Origin: a virus
Taxonomy: Duplodnaviria; Caudoviricetes
Strand: one strand, 5' to 3'
DNA length: 61,274 nucleotides
Virus record (IMG/VR): IMGVR_UViG_3300025769_000007
Coordinates: 1-61,274 of that record
Shown here piece after piece: positions 26,401 through 36,366 of this stretch (position 1 is the stretch's first letter; every line of letters begins with the position of its first letter). The translations under genes were made by a program, and so were the position numbers. The notes beneath the pieces are model-generated. The model saw nothing but the letters and a program-made list of their open reading frames with translations. It searched no databases and was not told where the DNA came from.

Positions 26401-29254
26401 AAGATATAGGAATGTCTATAGACTCTTTAAAATAACGCCTAGAGTTTTCATTACTATTATCATTTGACTGATTTGATAAACCAAAAGATATGTACCTAAC
26501 CCTATCACCTTTTGCGTAAACATAATCTATTACAGCTGATGTAGAATCTAAGTAACTCTCCATATCAATATCCTCTTCACCTAATCCTTTTAATGACCCT
26601 AAGCCTAAATATATCTTATTAGAGTTGTTACCAGTTCCTTTATACGAGTTTAGTATAGGGATTTGTATAAACTCATCTACAGTAGTATTACCAGAATAAA
26701 CCCACTGATAATGAGTTGCCCACACTGGAGGTTTGTGATATATCTTCCACTCAAGACCATTAAATGTACTTTGATTTTGAGAAATCTCAGTATAAAAAGG
26801 TGCGTACACGTTTGTACCTGAATTAAAACTATTTATAGCCTTTGAGGTATTAACAAAAGAAGCTCTATTTGTCTCGTCATAATAGACTAAGCCAAAACCA
26901 TGATTAGCCCCAGTTTTGTAAGATTTACCAAAAGAAGGTGCACCTCTAAAAGACGATTTTATAGCAGATATTTGACTATGATACATGTTTGTAGTTCCAC
27001 CTGAACTAGTTCCTTTACCTGCAAATTCTAAATTAGGAGTTGTGCCTTCACCAGTTTCTGTATAATTAGTGTCATTACTAGGTATGTCAATAAATATACT
27101 GTCAGGTAGTGGGTCATAATCTTGTAAATAAGTAAATGTTATAGATAATTTTTTATCAGATGTATTGTAAGACGCTGTTGTTAGGTCATGTTTAGGTGCA
27201 GTTTGCAAACTACCACCAGTATAAGTATGGACGAAATAACCCACACTATTATCTAAATCAAAGTCTCCAACGTTAATTCTTTCTTCAAGGTGTAATCCTA
27301 TAGCGTTAATATTACCAGGATTAAATATAGATGATTCATGTCTAAAAAAACCACCTCTAGGAATAATACTTGATCCTCCAAACTGCCCATGATTTTGAAA
27401 TAAAGTTTTAGTCCATTCGTAATTAATTTCTATAATTCCTTCACCACCATTTGTTTCTGGGTCTATATTAGAAAGATCAAAACTAACCTTAAAAACAGTA
27501 CTAATGTTTGGACCACCTGCATTTACAACTTCAAAGTCAGGACCACCACTATAATTAGTTATGCTACCTCCAGTAATTGAATTTATAAACTGATTAGAAG
27601 CTTCTAAACTAGTTACAGGGTTTATCTGTAAATTGCAGTATATATCTGTATTGTCATATCCATCAACAACGTTACCATACGCTATTCTATTCTTAGGTAG
27701 TATAGTTTGAGCTTTCGCTAGTTTAGGTAAAGCATCTTGAAGCTTATCAATATCTGTTTTAGATACAAAAGGATAAACACCATCATTTCTAAATATTGCA
27801 GTTGAAAACTCAACATTAGTTTGAGTAGATCCACCAAAAAACAAACTAGGGGTAAAGAAAAGAGATTCGTTCTTTCTTCTTTTTAAGTACTTTATAAAGT
27901 CATTAGGTATAGTTTCTACAAGGAAAAACTCACCATCATTACCATCCCTAGCTACAACTTCTACCTTATCCACATAAGATATACTATCGTTATACTTTAT
28001 ATTTATAATATTATTTACAGCGTTGTTAATAGTAGTGTTGTCTTCACCAGAAATATATCTTTTAGTATAAACGCTTTGGTTAGCTACATCTGATATACCA
28101 CTATATGCTGATACAGTACCATCCTTGTAAACATATCTATATCTAAACTGAAAAAATTTACCAACTATATGGTTTACCCTAGCAGGCTCTTTGTTAAAAG
28201 AAAATTCAGGCTTATATCTTGGTTGATGAGATAAAGCGTCAAGGTATACCATCTTATCTTCAACTTCCCCAAAACTAATTAAAGGAGAGTAAGCGTCATC
28301 AGGCTGTGCGTACAACACTCTACCCCCAGGAGATGTTTCTGCTAAATCAATAAATGGCGTACTAGTTATAATACCATTATCAGTATTTAAAGCAGAATTA
28401 AAAGATGATAAATCAAAATTGATATAACTAGCACCTGCATAAGCCCACTCAGTAGTAGCTTCAAAAGTATGAGTGTCAACGATGTAGTCAATCTCAATTA
28501 AATGTGCATTACCACTAACCACAACGCAAACAAAGTCACCAGGAAACAATTCATCAGTAGGAGTAGTTCCCTGCATTGTAACAGTTTTATTGTTTTGCGT
28601 TAAGGTAACATGAGTTGTTCCTTTTGCGAACCTCTTAATAATACCGACAGCTTTAGCGTAACCATTATACCCTTTACCTAACAAGTCTGGAGATATTATA
28701 CCAAACTGTTGAAGATACAAGTGATCGTTTTTTTCAAAAGGGTGATTATTAGTTACACCAACTAATATAGTTCTAGTATCTTCTTTCAATGTAGATGAGA
28801 ATACAGCAGTAGTACTTGACCCTGAAGTTGACTCTTTTAATATACCTTGAAATGTAGGACCAAGTTTTATATACTGCTCGTTTCTTTTAGCTTTCTCTAC
28901 ATCAATCTTTCTAGGTCTATTAAGGTTATCTGTCCAATACAGTATATCTTCAACCTTATTGATACCAGTTATAAGGTGGTCTTTATCAAAGTTTAAGATA
29001 TTTTCATTAATCCCATTACTACCTGTTTTACCATCTTGATAAACCACAGTAGTCTTGTTTTCAACTTGGCTATACTCTATAATGCAATCGTACTTACCAG
29101 AAACACCAATATTATCTTCAGAGTATAAAAAGTAATATATACAATTTGTAGTCTTATCTTCATAAGAACCTATGCAGGTATACTCTCCCGACAAAGATTT
29201 AGTTGAAAAACTTTTATGTAAGTCTGAGTTTTTATTTTTTATTGTTAAAGACAT
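23414..29254 (-). CDS. Tail nozzle / stabilization protein (crAss-like, P22 gp10-like), lacking its usual first ~50 aa
   Basis: CIGSYED...LITGINKVEDILYWTDNLNRPRKI, FQFRYRYVYKDG, RIAYGN, FGLVYYDE, YGLSDY, GYDPKYDEY, WTSFYSYKPE, GEKLKGHY. Confidence 0.8.
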   Translation of the reverse strand: MSLTIKNKNSDLHKSFSTKSLSGEYTCIGSYEDKTTNCIYYFLYSEDNIGVSGKYDCIIEYSQVENKTTVVYQDGKTGSNGINENILNFDKDHLITGINKVEDILYWTDNLNRPRKIDVEKAKRNEQYIKLGPTFQGILKESTSGSSTTAVFSSTLKEDTRTILVGVTNNHPFEKNDHLYLQQFGIISPDLLGKGYNGYAKAVGIIKRFAKGTTHVTLTQNNKTVTMQGTTPTDELFPGDFVCVVVSGNAHLIEIDYIVDTHTFEATTEWAYAGASYINFDLSSFNSALNTDNGIITSTPFIDLAETSPGGRVLYAQPDDAYSPLISFGEVEDKMVYLDALSHQPRYKPEFSFNKEPARVNHIVGKFFQFRYRYVYKDGTVSAYSGISDVANQSVYTKRYISGEDNTTINNAVNNIINIKYNDSISYVDKVEVVARDGNDGEFFLVETIPNDFIKYLKRRKNESLFFTPSLFFGGSTQTNVEFSTAIFRNDGVYPFVSKTDIDKLQDALPKLAKAQTILPKNRIAYGNVVDGYDNTDIYCNLQINPVTSLEASNQFINSITGGSITNYSGGPDFEVVNAGGPNISTVFKVSFDLSNIDPETNGGEGIIEINYEWTKTLFQNHGQFGGSSIIPRGGFFRHESSIFNPGNINAIGLHLEERINVGDFDLDNSVGYFVHTYTGGSLQTAPKHDLTTASYNTSDKKLSITFTYLQDYDPLPDSIFIDIPSNDTNYTETGEGTTPNLEFAGKGTSSGGTTNMYHSQISAIKSSFRGAPSFGKSYKTGANHGFGLVYYDETNRASFVNTSKAINSFNSGTNVYAPFYTEISQNQSTFNGLEWKIYHKPPVWATHYQWVYSGNTTVDEFIQIPILNSYKGTGNNSNKIYLGLGSLKGLGEEDIDMESYLDSTSAVIDYVYAKGDRVRYISFGLSNQSNDNSNENSRRYFKESIDIPISSYDFYTQEEIQDAVGGSDRIPGFYIVIDSPTDAGNDIDFSTANNGTIDGSIAIDHADVDHTDYDFSHNGYNRLIVEIYRPKKSIQSEVSGLFYEVGEKFEIENPGTDFRSHQGQGSDYFFDEESRMEVTAIDGLNGPIDDSGNQTTNYAAGTLLHGDVYTRRRVMVPYHEKRVESDGNLTSGVEQVAFACESYYLTDFYNSDNWDKGRVNIVNPYSEERRLSASVYYSDVFQGTANFNGLSTFDMATSPYYDYNQDFGSIQSLMIKGDDLLIFHENRVGRALVGKNIVNYADGNSNLTLSKDILADYAQVYSAENGCSLNPESIVENNDRFYFVDIKRGSILRLGGDGITRISDYGLSDYIRDKGQVYIDQEFESLKIVAGYDPKYDEYIVTLPAILKTEDYNNSGFWGFDSVNFDESYSLVSNQDAAVFDPAKTIAFNDTLKKWTSFYSYKPEFYGKINRQFVTYKNGKIYRHNTENKSNFNTFYGVRYNSNIEFPFNSDPSSVKTYNSISLESDTKLLTNMSTNMGQYNNSYDSVVSTQIGYKKVDGTISTKEDSPYCLYGSPSSNFYKDLSPGDLIRFYNAENLSPQYNVVKSILTKQKVILDNSVNYRSKNNRIDVIDYKTKEGVQYSQIPFAPSKFNVNEYGDFQGDFDGDASNIFGLGMFSASSYGSNFILKGDFKSNSLPFMGSKSTTVSNIIPGGVYGILDIREDFKFEEVFDLNGGLNKGKDILSSKGNFANSSDWTVVDSGVKVQKNKKRSGNVLYFDKQNSSSQVRTSSTIDFKSNSKYIISFRLNLIDVLDRSKVSLSFRIGDRVNQSGKLGSSFQTISIDNTNYLQNHEIELNSGDKNIDPYLYIRSEENQPEFYINNLNIQKVNPPRGIFVAKNGTSSRSRSSVFPCEYSLHCMDVKTGETKHAGWVYNVTQERVEFISDNYNDIQGNKFYFIVKEGLIDGEKLKGHYLKTILTSHWYQSKYKFNLYAANVDVDKSELSNK

Positions 29255-29275
29255 TGTTGTTGTTTAATTAATTTA

Positions 29276-32200
29276 TTAATCAAATGGGACACCATTATTT
29301 ATTGTAAACTCAAGTGCTTTACCAATATGAGAACCAAACCAAAATATTCCTCCACTTGTAGACTCAGCAAATCTTTTTAAATAAATATCATCTGAAAATG
29401 TTACATTATCACCTTCATTTTGGTTATAATAAAGTAATATCTGAACCATGCCTATATCAAAAAACTCACTTAAGGAATCTACATTAATTACTGGATCAAC
29501 AAAATTTACACCTGCACTAATAGTAGGATTTGGTGCTGTAGAAGTTAACTCAGTAGTGTTTTCGTCAAAGTTAGCAAATATAATATGCATAACTTGAGTT
29601 GGATAACCACCTCCTGGTATCTCAAACTCAATAGTTTGACCATTAGTAAACTTGTTTGTTATATAGTAACAGAAATTATTTGTAGGGCTATGTGGTTGAT
29701 CACGCAAAGCGTCCAATTCTTGTTCGGTTATAAAAACTATGTTTTCGCCATAAAAATCTTCACCATTGATTGTCCATTCTGGCTTTACACCACAAAAAGC
29801 ACCTGCTGTGTGAAAATATGAAGGAGTTGCCCATTCAGAAGTGATCCCAACCTCTGGACCCTTTACACAATAAGTTCCTGCAACAACATTATCTCCCAAA
29901 AGTATATTATCTAAAACAGGATCGAAACCAAGCCCAGCATTCATATTCTCTATAGTAAATATAGCGTTATCAAGTTGAAATTGTAAATCATCAATGTACA
30001 GTTGTGCAGCATCAAGGTTTCCTTCTAAAGTGGATACAGTTAATTGATGCGATTGCTGCATAGTTTCTAAAGCAGAAATATCTGCATTTGAAGCTAAGAC
30101 ATATAGGTTGTATTGATTATAAAGCTGAGTCGTAACAGCGTTAGAAAAATCTGTAACAGAGTCTACATAATCTGAAAGTCTATCTCCTAGGGGAGTAAAC
30201 GCAGTAGTCTCTGAATAGCCAGGAACGATTAATGATAGATAATTCTCATACTGTGACTCACCTATAAACTCCTTAAAGGTATCTAAACCAGAATCTTGCC
30301 ACCCTATAACATCAGAGTTAATTAAATTAAATAATTCATTAAAGGACGTTTGATGTTCTGGAACTAAATTATTTAAATTAAAAGCAAACATCTCTTGAGC
30401 ATCATTACCCACTCGAATATTTGTGATTCTATATTCAATATTTACATTCGGAACAGGAGGAAATACAATAACAATATTAGCGTATCTATCTAAATAATCA
30501 CCTTGATACCCTACGTTATTATTAACAACAGTAAAGGTATGTAAAAAAGGTTCTGGGTTATTTGATCCTCCAGGAGTTAAATTGTATTGTTCATCAATGG
30601 CAACCTCTTCAGATGAATTATAATTACCTGTAGTATCCCATTGATTAGTTATCTGCACACTTATATTATTTGGTATTGACGCAGAACCAGATGTAGATGT
30701 ATTAACAACTTCAAAAGTTATTGACAAAGTTATTTCAGCACCATTTACCCAAGCTGCTGAGTTTTGAAAGGAACTGTAAGGAAGTCTAAAAGCTCCATAA
30801 GAACTTCCTACACTAGAAATTGCTTTTAAGTGGCCGTTTTGTTCAAATAAAAATGAAGGTAATGAATTTACAGAGTTTCCAGCAGTAAGATATGCATTAT
30901 CATAAAAAGTCCACTCATTTTCATAATCAGAAGTTGGAGAAAAATCCTCCTCATAAATAATTTGATTATCTATATTTAAAGCGTTATATGCTTCTAGACT
31001 TAGATTATATGATAGAGTTGTATCGATATAAATTTGATTAAAATTATCAAGTATAGACAATATTATAGCATCAGATATAGCGTTAGCATTAAGCTGTTCC
31101 TGCAACGCATCTATTTGCTCTCCAAGTTCGTAAACGTTAGTCTGAAGATTAACTATTGTGGCATCTTGATCCGAAACCTGAGTGGTAAGGGAAGTAATAT
31201 CTACTTCTAAAGCTGCTACTTCAGCATTATGCTGTGCATTAAGATCAGCTAAATCTTGATCAAACTGTGCTTGCAAAGCGTATTGTGCAGCTTGGTCAGC
31301 AGCTTCTGCATCATCTAAAGCTTGTTCATGTTGAGCAATAAGGACAGCCACTGCATGATTATGATCCAATGTTAATTGAGCAATCTCTGCAGCATGTTCA
31401 TCATCTTGATCCTCCATGTCTTGAACATACTGAGCTAACATTTGATTAAGAGCATCCACAAGATCCTCAAGGTTATTATTAGCATTTTCAAGTAATGCTA
31501 TCTCAGCCCCTAACTCAGCCTCTAAAGCTGCTAATTCACCTCCATGAGCCACATTTATAGCTATAATAGCGTCTGCTAATGTTACTATCTCTGCATTAAG
31601 TTCAGCTATTGTTATTACTTGAGATGCTGTTAAATCCTGTTCAGCTTCTAAATCGTTTACAGCTATATTTAATTGAGACTGAACGTAATTTAACTGATCA
31701 CCAACTGACTCTAAATCTTCATTCAAACTAGCTATCTCTATAAGCATAGCGTCATTTTGCTCTTGATAAAAATCAAGCTGCTGACCCAGATTACTAATAG
31801 TACTAACGTGATCAGAAATAACACTTTCAGCTAATTCTAAATTAGACTCAGTCTCTCCTAGTTCTGCCAATGCTGTTGCTGTTAAATCTATCTGATTAGC
31901 AAGATCCTCCTGTAAATTGTTATTAGTAATATTTAGTTCAATTAAAGTCTGTTGTTGCTCACCATATATTTGAATTTGATGTGCTAATTCTTCTTGTAAG
32001 CTATTAAAATCATTAATTATAGAGTCTGTAATTTCGATGGAATTTTCAACTATTTGATAACTATTAAGAGTCATCATTGTTCCGTTTCCAAAAACTTGCA
32101 AAACATCAGATTCTCCAACATCAAATCCTTCTGCTTGACTTAAAATATTATTTATGCTATGATAACTATACCCTAAGGCTAACTTAAATTTAACACCAAC

Positions 32201-33376
32201 AGGTCCTACAACGATAACAGTAAAGTTGTTTTCACCATTAAAAGTTGCGTTTTCAGAAAATGTTAAAAAGAATTTTTCAGGATCTATATTAAAATTTAAA
32301 GGCAAACCGTCACAAAGGATAGTTTTACTTTCAGAAAATTCATTATGTAAAAATGCAGATAAGTTATTTTGATTTGAGTCAAACTCAAACTGTCCAGATG
32401 AAAATGTAGATGAATTTATAGTCAAAAAAGGCTCAAACTCATAATCATTATTTTGATCTGCTGGGTTAAGGCTCTCCCTATAAGAGAAAACGTTTACTTC
32501 AGGGAAATTCGCAGGTGACGTAGGCTCTTCTCCTGCAACAAACGTAATTCTCCATACAGTTCTATTACCAACTTCGTAAAAAGTACCGTTAGGACTTATA
32601 ACAACACCATCATCATTAGCGTCTGTATTAAAAACACCTCCAGTATCAAAAGATGGTAACAACATTATAGAAACGTTTTCACTAGGAGTTATTGGTATAC
32701 TAGAATCTTCAGAAAAAGTATAAGTATACTGAATATCAGGTAGGCCAGGGGGAGAATACCTTTCACCGCCTGTTGAATTTAAAGATACAGATACACCAAG
32801 ATCAAAATTAACACCAGCAACGTCACACTCAACTACAACATCAAAATAACCACCATGCAACATAGCGTTTTGACCAAATGTTAAAAGTTTTATGCTTGCC
32901 GTATATTGATCTCCAGTATTTACATCATACACGTTAATACCGCTATTGTAAGGACCAACACTACCAAACTGAGAGTATAAATATTGAGCTGTAAAAGTAT
33001 GATTAACATTTCCAGACCAATTAAACTCACCAATAGGAATATTTCCATTTGGCCCAACTGAAAGTAAAGTAAATCTGTATTCAGAATTATTTTGTTCCCA
33101 TCCTTGTATCCTTATAACCTTTTGATAGAATACAGTCGCAGGATTTATTTCTTCATATAAACCATTATCATTAACAAAAAATGTTTCTGATTCTGTAGAA
33201 TAAAAATCAAAAGGGACTACCTCGTTACCTTCTATATTCTCTAAAGACCCAACAGTTCCATCAACAGATGTTGCTGCTCTAACATTTAAAGCGTCTATGT
33301 AATCTGGGTTTTTAATAAGACGAACATCTCCGTCTTTATTCATACCACCTAAAAAACTTCTCTTATCTAAAGGCAT
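29276..33376 (-). CDS. Acidic coiled-coil virion protein carrying the nozzle N-terminal motif
   Basis: Starts FLGGMNKDGDVRLIKNPDYIDALNVR...GSLENIEGN, then a long heptad region with no K or R. Confidence 0.7.
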   Translation of the reverse strand: MPLDKRSFLGGMNKDGDVRLIKNPDYIDALNVRAATSVDGTVGSLENIEGNEVVPFDFYSTESETFFVNDNGLYEEINPATVFYQKVIRIQGWEQNNSEYRFTLLSVGPNGNIPIGEFNWSGNVNHTFTAQYLYSQFGSVGPYNSGINVYDVNTGDQYTASIKLLTFGQNAMLHGGYFDVVVECDVAGVNFDLGVSVSLNSTGGERYSPPGLPDIQYTYTFSEDSSIPITPSENVSIMLLPSFDTGGVFNTDANDDGVVISPNGTFYEVGNRTVWRITFVAGEEPTSPANFPEVNVFSYRESLNPADQNNDYEFEPFLTINSSTFSSGQFEFDSNQNNLSAFLHNEFSESKTILCDGLPLNFNIDPEKFFLTFSENATFNGENNFTVIVVGPVGVKFKLALGYSYHSINNILSQAEGFDVGESDVLQVFGNGTMMTLNSYQIVENSIEITDSIINDFNSLQEELAHQIQIYGEQQQTLIELNITNNNLQEDLANQIDLTATALAELGETESNLELAESVISDHVSTISNLGQQLDFYQEQNDAMLIEIASLNEDLESVGDQLNYVQSQLNIAVNDLEAEQDLTASQVITIAELNAEIVTLADAIIAINVAHGGELAALEAELGAEIALLENANNNLEDLVDALNQMLAQYVQDMEDQDDEHAAEIAQLTLDHNHAVAVLIAQHEQALDDAEAADQAAQYALQAQFDQDLADLNAQHNAEVAALEVDITSLTTQVSDQDATIVNLQTNVYELGEQIDALQEQLNANAISDAIILSILDNFNQIYIDTTLSYNLSLEAYNALNIDNQIIYEEDFSPTSDYENEWTFYDNAYLTAGNSVNSLPSFLFEQNGHLKAISSVGSSYGAFRLPYSSFQNSAAWVNGAEITLSITFEVVNTSTSGSASIPNNISVQITNQWDTTGNYNSSEEVAIDEQYNLTPGGSNNPEPFLHTFTVVNNNVGYQGDYLDRYANIVIVFPPVPNVNIEYRITNIRVGNDAQEMFAFNLNNLVPEHQTSFNELFNLINSDVIGWQDSGLDTFKEFIGESQYENYLSLIVPGYSETTAFTPLGDRLSDYVDSVTDFSNAVTTQLYNQYNLYVLASNADISALETMQQSHQLTVSTLEGNLDAAQLYIDDLQFQLDNAIFTIENMNAGLGFDPVLDNILLGDNVVAGTYCVKGPEVGITSEWATPSYFHTAGAFCGVKPEWTINGEDFYGENIVFITEQELDALRDQPHSPTNNFCYYITNKFTNGQTIEFEIPGGGYPTQVMHIIFANFDENTTELTSTAPNPTISAGVNFVDPVINVDSLSEFFDIGMVQILLYYNQNEGDNVTFSDDIYLKRFAESTSGGIFWFGSHIGKALEFTINNGVPFD

Positions 33377-33381
33377 TTAAT

Positions 33382-34605
33382 TTATATTTTTGGAGATTGC
33401 TTAAATGCTTTCCTAGAAACCTGCATAGCAGCCTCTTTATTAAAGTTCATCATCCTAGCTCTAGCTAATCTCTTCTCGTTATAGTAAGCTCTTTTAGCCA
33501 TTTGTTTCTCGTTAGCAGGAATACCACGTTTTCTCTGAATGTACTTGTAGTACATATAAGACCTTAAAGCTTCTTCGCAAAACTTATGTATCTTAGGTAC
33601 ATCACCTGAAGAACCTAATTGAAGTAAAGATTGGCTATCTACAGAAAAAAATGCAGATGAGCCATCATACAAATTACTATCAAACTCTCCATCAGTACTT
33701 AGTAAATCTAAAGGATCTGAAGTAAGATTACTAATTGTTATAATAATATTATTTTGATCATCAACTGCTGTTATGTTAGAGTCGTTAGGAGAAACATGAT
33801 ACCTTGGGTGACCATTATTTATAACATCAGTTAAAGCTTCTGCAACGTCAATGCTTGAGCCATCAAATAAATTAACATAAACCTCTGTAGATAAAGGATT
33901 ACTACTTAAATTATCGTAATCATATATTATTGCTCCAGTCGAATCCATTACAGCAGTATCTTTAAAAGTATAAGTAATCACACCTCCAGACCTAGATGGT
34001 ATTTTAATTGTTGTATCGTTAGAAATACCAGCAAGAAGATTTGAACTTGCAAGAGGAGTAGCTATATTAAATTTAACAATATGATCCTCTCCAGGTGTAG
34101 CGGTAATGCCATCAGATATATACTCCATAAACACTGTTTTACCACCAACATCTGAAGAGAAGTTTATAGTACCATCTTGTCTATTTATTCTGTAATAACC
34201 TAAAGTATTTTTTCCTCCACCTATACCAAACTTTTTTCCTATATCTGTATGATAATAAGGATTGTTTTCATCATAAGCTTCATCCCCAACTTGAGACGCT
34301 ACACTAGCATCTAACACTAAGTTAGGGTTACTACCTAAGGAGTGAAATTCATCATCATCTCCTCTATATCCAATTCTATTTATTTTTACGTAATCAGCAG
34401 GTAAAGTACACTGAAGTGTTGTAGAGTTTACAGCAAGTGTAGTAGTCTTAACCCTTTGCTCAACATCAAACGTAAGCTCTCTTAAGCCTTGTAAGGCTAA
34501 CAATCTTAGCTGATATACACTAGCTTCTTTTTCGTAAGATGTGTCGTCAATCATTAACTGAAAATCGTTAACAATTTCTTCTATTGTTGTGTAATCTATT
34601 GCCAT
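33382..34605 (-). CDS. Tail ring / head-tail adaptor protein with internal insertion
   Basis: GLRELTFD, INFSSD...MEYISDG and IHKFCEEAL motifs of crAss-like ring proteins. Confidence 0.7.
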   Translation of the reverse strand: MAIDYTTIEEIVNDFQLMIDDTSYEKEASVYQLRLLALQGLRELTFDVEQRVKTTTLAVNSTTLQCTLPADYVKINRIGYRGDDDEFHSLGSNPNLVLDASVASQVGDEAYDENNPYYHTDIGKKFGIGGGKNTLGYYRINRQDGTINFSSDVGGKTVFMEYISDGITATPGEDHIVKFNIATPLASSNLLAGISNDTTIKIPSRSGGVITYTFKDTAVMDSTGAIIYDYDNLSSNPLSTEVYVNLFDGSSIDVAEALTDVINNGHPRYHVSPNDSNITAVDDQNNIIITISNLTSDPLDLLSTDGEFDSNLYDGSSAFFSVDSQSLLQLGSSGDVPKIHKFCEEALRSYMYYKYIQRKRGIPANEKQMAKRAYYNEKRLARARMMNFNKEAAMQVSRKAFKQSPKI

Positions 34606-34607
34606 AA

Positions 34608-35351
34608 TTAACTATCTGCTTTTAATTCGTTACCTTGAGCATACTGAACTAATTGAGCCTCTCTTAAGTTAACCCCAAGATATTCTAATATTTTAACTAC
34701 AATTTCACCATGAACTCTAGAAGGTAATCTAAACTGAGTTGAATTAGACGGGTCATGTACAGGCTTTCCAGCGACAGTAACATAGTTCCACTGAGGTGGT
34801 ATAGACGGTAAATGGTAGTAGTAAACCATCACATTCTTTATAGAATCAGGAAATATTTTTATTTTTAACCTTTCGCTTGTAGAAGATCCACTCATAAGAC
34901 CTATAGGAAAGTCCATTGAAGGTTTAACCAAACTACTTCTAAGTACTTTATTTATATCTTCAGGTTTTACTATTTCTAAAGGTACATGAGAGTTTATACC
35001 AAAATTTTCATCTGGTAATATAAAAATTTCTTTTATTAAAAGAACATCGTTGGAAAGACTAACCTCTGCCTCTGAGTATCCAGATGCAACTACAGAGGAT
35101 GAAACGTTAAATCTTTTTGATACTAAAAAGGGAGCTAAATCTTGTTCTGCCACTTCAGGTGTCAAAGACTCCTCTATAAATCCTGCAGCCTTTTTTTGTG
35201 TAGACTTTTCTTGTAGTATACTTAACCTTTTGTTTACTAGCTCTAACTCTGCTTGTTTAGCTAAAAGATTAAAATCAGACGGTGTTATAAACCCTCTCTG
35301 CTCTTTATTAGCAAAGGTTTGTACCAGTCTATATATTTCATCAATCGTCAT
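34608..35351 (-). CDS. Tail ring / adaptor protein
   Basis: ANKEQRGFITPSDFNLLAKQAE...ILEYLGVNLRE. Confidence 0.7.
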   Translation of the reverse strand: MTIDEIYRLVQTFANKEQRGFITPSDFNLLAKQAELELVNKRLSILQEKSTQKKAAGFIEESLTPEVAEQDLAPFLVSKRFNVSSSVVASGYSEAEVSLSNDVLLIKEIFILPDENFGINSHVPLEIVKPEDINKVLRSSLVKPSMDFPIGLMSGSSTSERLKIKIFPDSIKNVMVYYYHLPSIPPQWNYVTVAGKPVHDPSNSTQFRLPSRVHGEIVVKILEYLGVNLREAQLVQYAQGNELKADS

Positions 35352-35373
35352 TATTGTATATTTTATTCCCTAG

Positions 35374-35381
35374 CAAAAGTA
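35374..35381 (-). promoter_or_regulatory. -7 promoter box TACTTTTG for tail genes
   Basis: Consensus match between a terminator and ATG 35351. Confidence 0.65.
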
Positions 35382-35399
35382 CGAAATTAATTCGTATAA

Positions 35400-35430
35400 C
35401 AAAAAAAGGGAGACTGTTAAGTCCCCCTCT
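35400..35430 (-). terminator. Intrinsic terminator after the capsid block
   Basis: Minus strand GGGGGAC-TTAACA-GTCTCCC plus T7. Confidence 0.75.
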
Positions 35431-35451
35431 TGCATATATAACATTAATACA

Positions 35452-36330
35452 TTATCCATTAATTGCTTTTAGCCTACGCTCTATCTCAGCGTATATCTGC
35501 TCTCCCTCACCTTCAGAGCAAAAGTCTACCATTCTCTCGATAGGCTTAACTCCAATTGCAGGGACACAAATAGTGTTACCTGAAGATACCCAAGTTACAC
35601 CTGTCTTCTTCATAGAGATAATACCTGATTCCTCAGCCATTAGTAAAAGTTGCTTCATCTCTGTACGAGGGTCATTCATACCTGCTAAGAAAGCTGTAGG
35701 ATTCTTCTCTGCTTGAATCTTCATATCCCAGCGAATTTCATCTACACTCTTGTTAGTGTTAACACCTAATACCTTAGCATACCCTACAAGCTCATTTAAA
35801 GGCATTTTAAGGGCAGCTTGAACAGCGTCTATAACATCGTTTACTTGAGATATTTTTTCTTGAGCATTCTTCTCATCATCCTTTACAGTAAACAATACAG
35901 TTTTAGATTTTATTCTATGAGGATTACTACCATTAGCATTACAAGTGTCTAGATACTTTTTAAGGGTAGGATTAGTATGATCTACAAATAAATATCCGTT
36001 ATTAAAAGCTATAGGTTCTCTCATCTTAGCACCCTCTGGTTGTTCATCTACAAATATAGATGGCTCTCCAGGGATATATCTAATCTTTCTGTTTTCTCCT
36101 GTCTCAGGATCAAATATAACATCCTCAGCCTTTAGTAAAGAAACTATAGGGTACTGAGGCATACCATTTCTTTTTTTAGAATAAGATTTAAGATTATAAA
36201 CAGTTGGTTTGAAATCTTCTTTTCTATTAGTAAATCGAGGGGTGAATTTTTTTTCTACTACGGGAGCTTTAGCTTCAACCTTAGTATTCGTAGGAGGCGT
36301 AACAGCCTTACGAGTTTTTGTTGGTGTCAT
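35452..36330 (-). CDS. Conserved phage protein downstream of major capsid
   Basis: RKIRY...SIFVDEQ...IAFNNGYLFV motif and position. Confidence 0.7.
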   Translation of the reverse strand: MTPTKTRKAVTPPTNTKVEAKAPVVEKKFTPRFTNRKEDFKPTVYNLKSYSKKRNGMPQYPIVSLLKAEDVIFDPETGENRKIRYIPGEPSIFVDEQPEGAKMREPIAFNNGYLFVDHTNPTLKKYLDTCNANGSNPHRIKSKTVLFTVKDDEKNAQEKISQVNDVIDAVQAALKMPLNELVGYAKVLGVNTNKSVDEIRWDMKIQAEKNPTAFLAGMNDPRTEMKQLLLMAEESGIISMKKTGVTWVSSGNTICVPAIGVKPIERMVDFCSEGEGEQIYAEIERRLKAING

Positions 36331-36366
36331 AATAATTATTTTCTAAAATTAACTTAAAGTTTTATA

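Noticed and set aside
29255-29278. Stop-codon reassignment or read-through fusing the two nozzle-related ORFs
   Set aside because: Three in-frame TAA stops; TAA, TAG and TGA all end genes normally and coding density is high under code 11
33595-34107. Intein in the ring protein
   Set aside because: No N-terminal Cys/Ser block, no His-Asn terminus and no LAGLIDADG motifs
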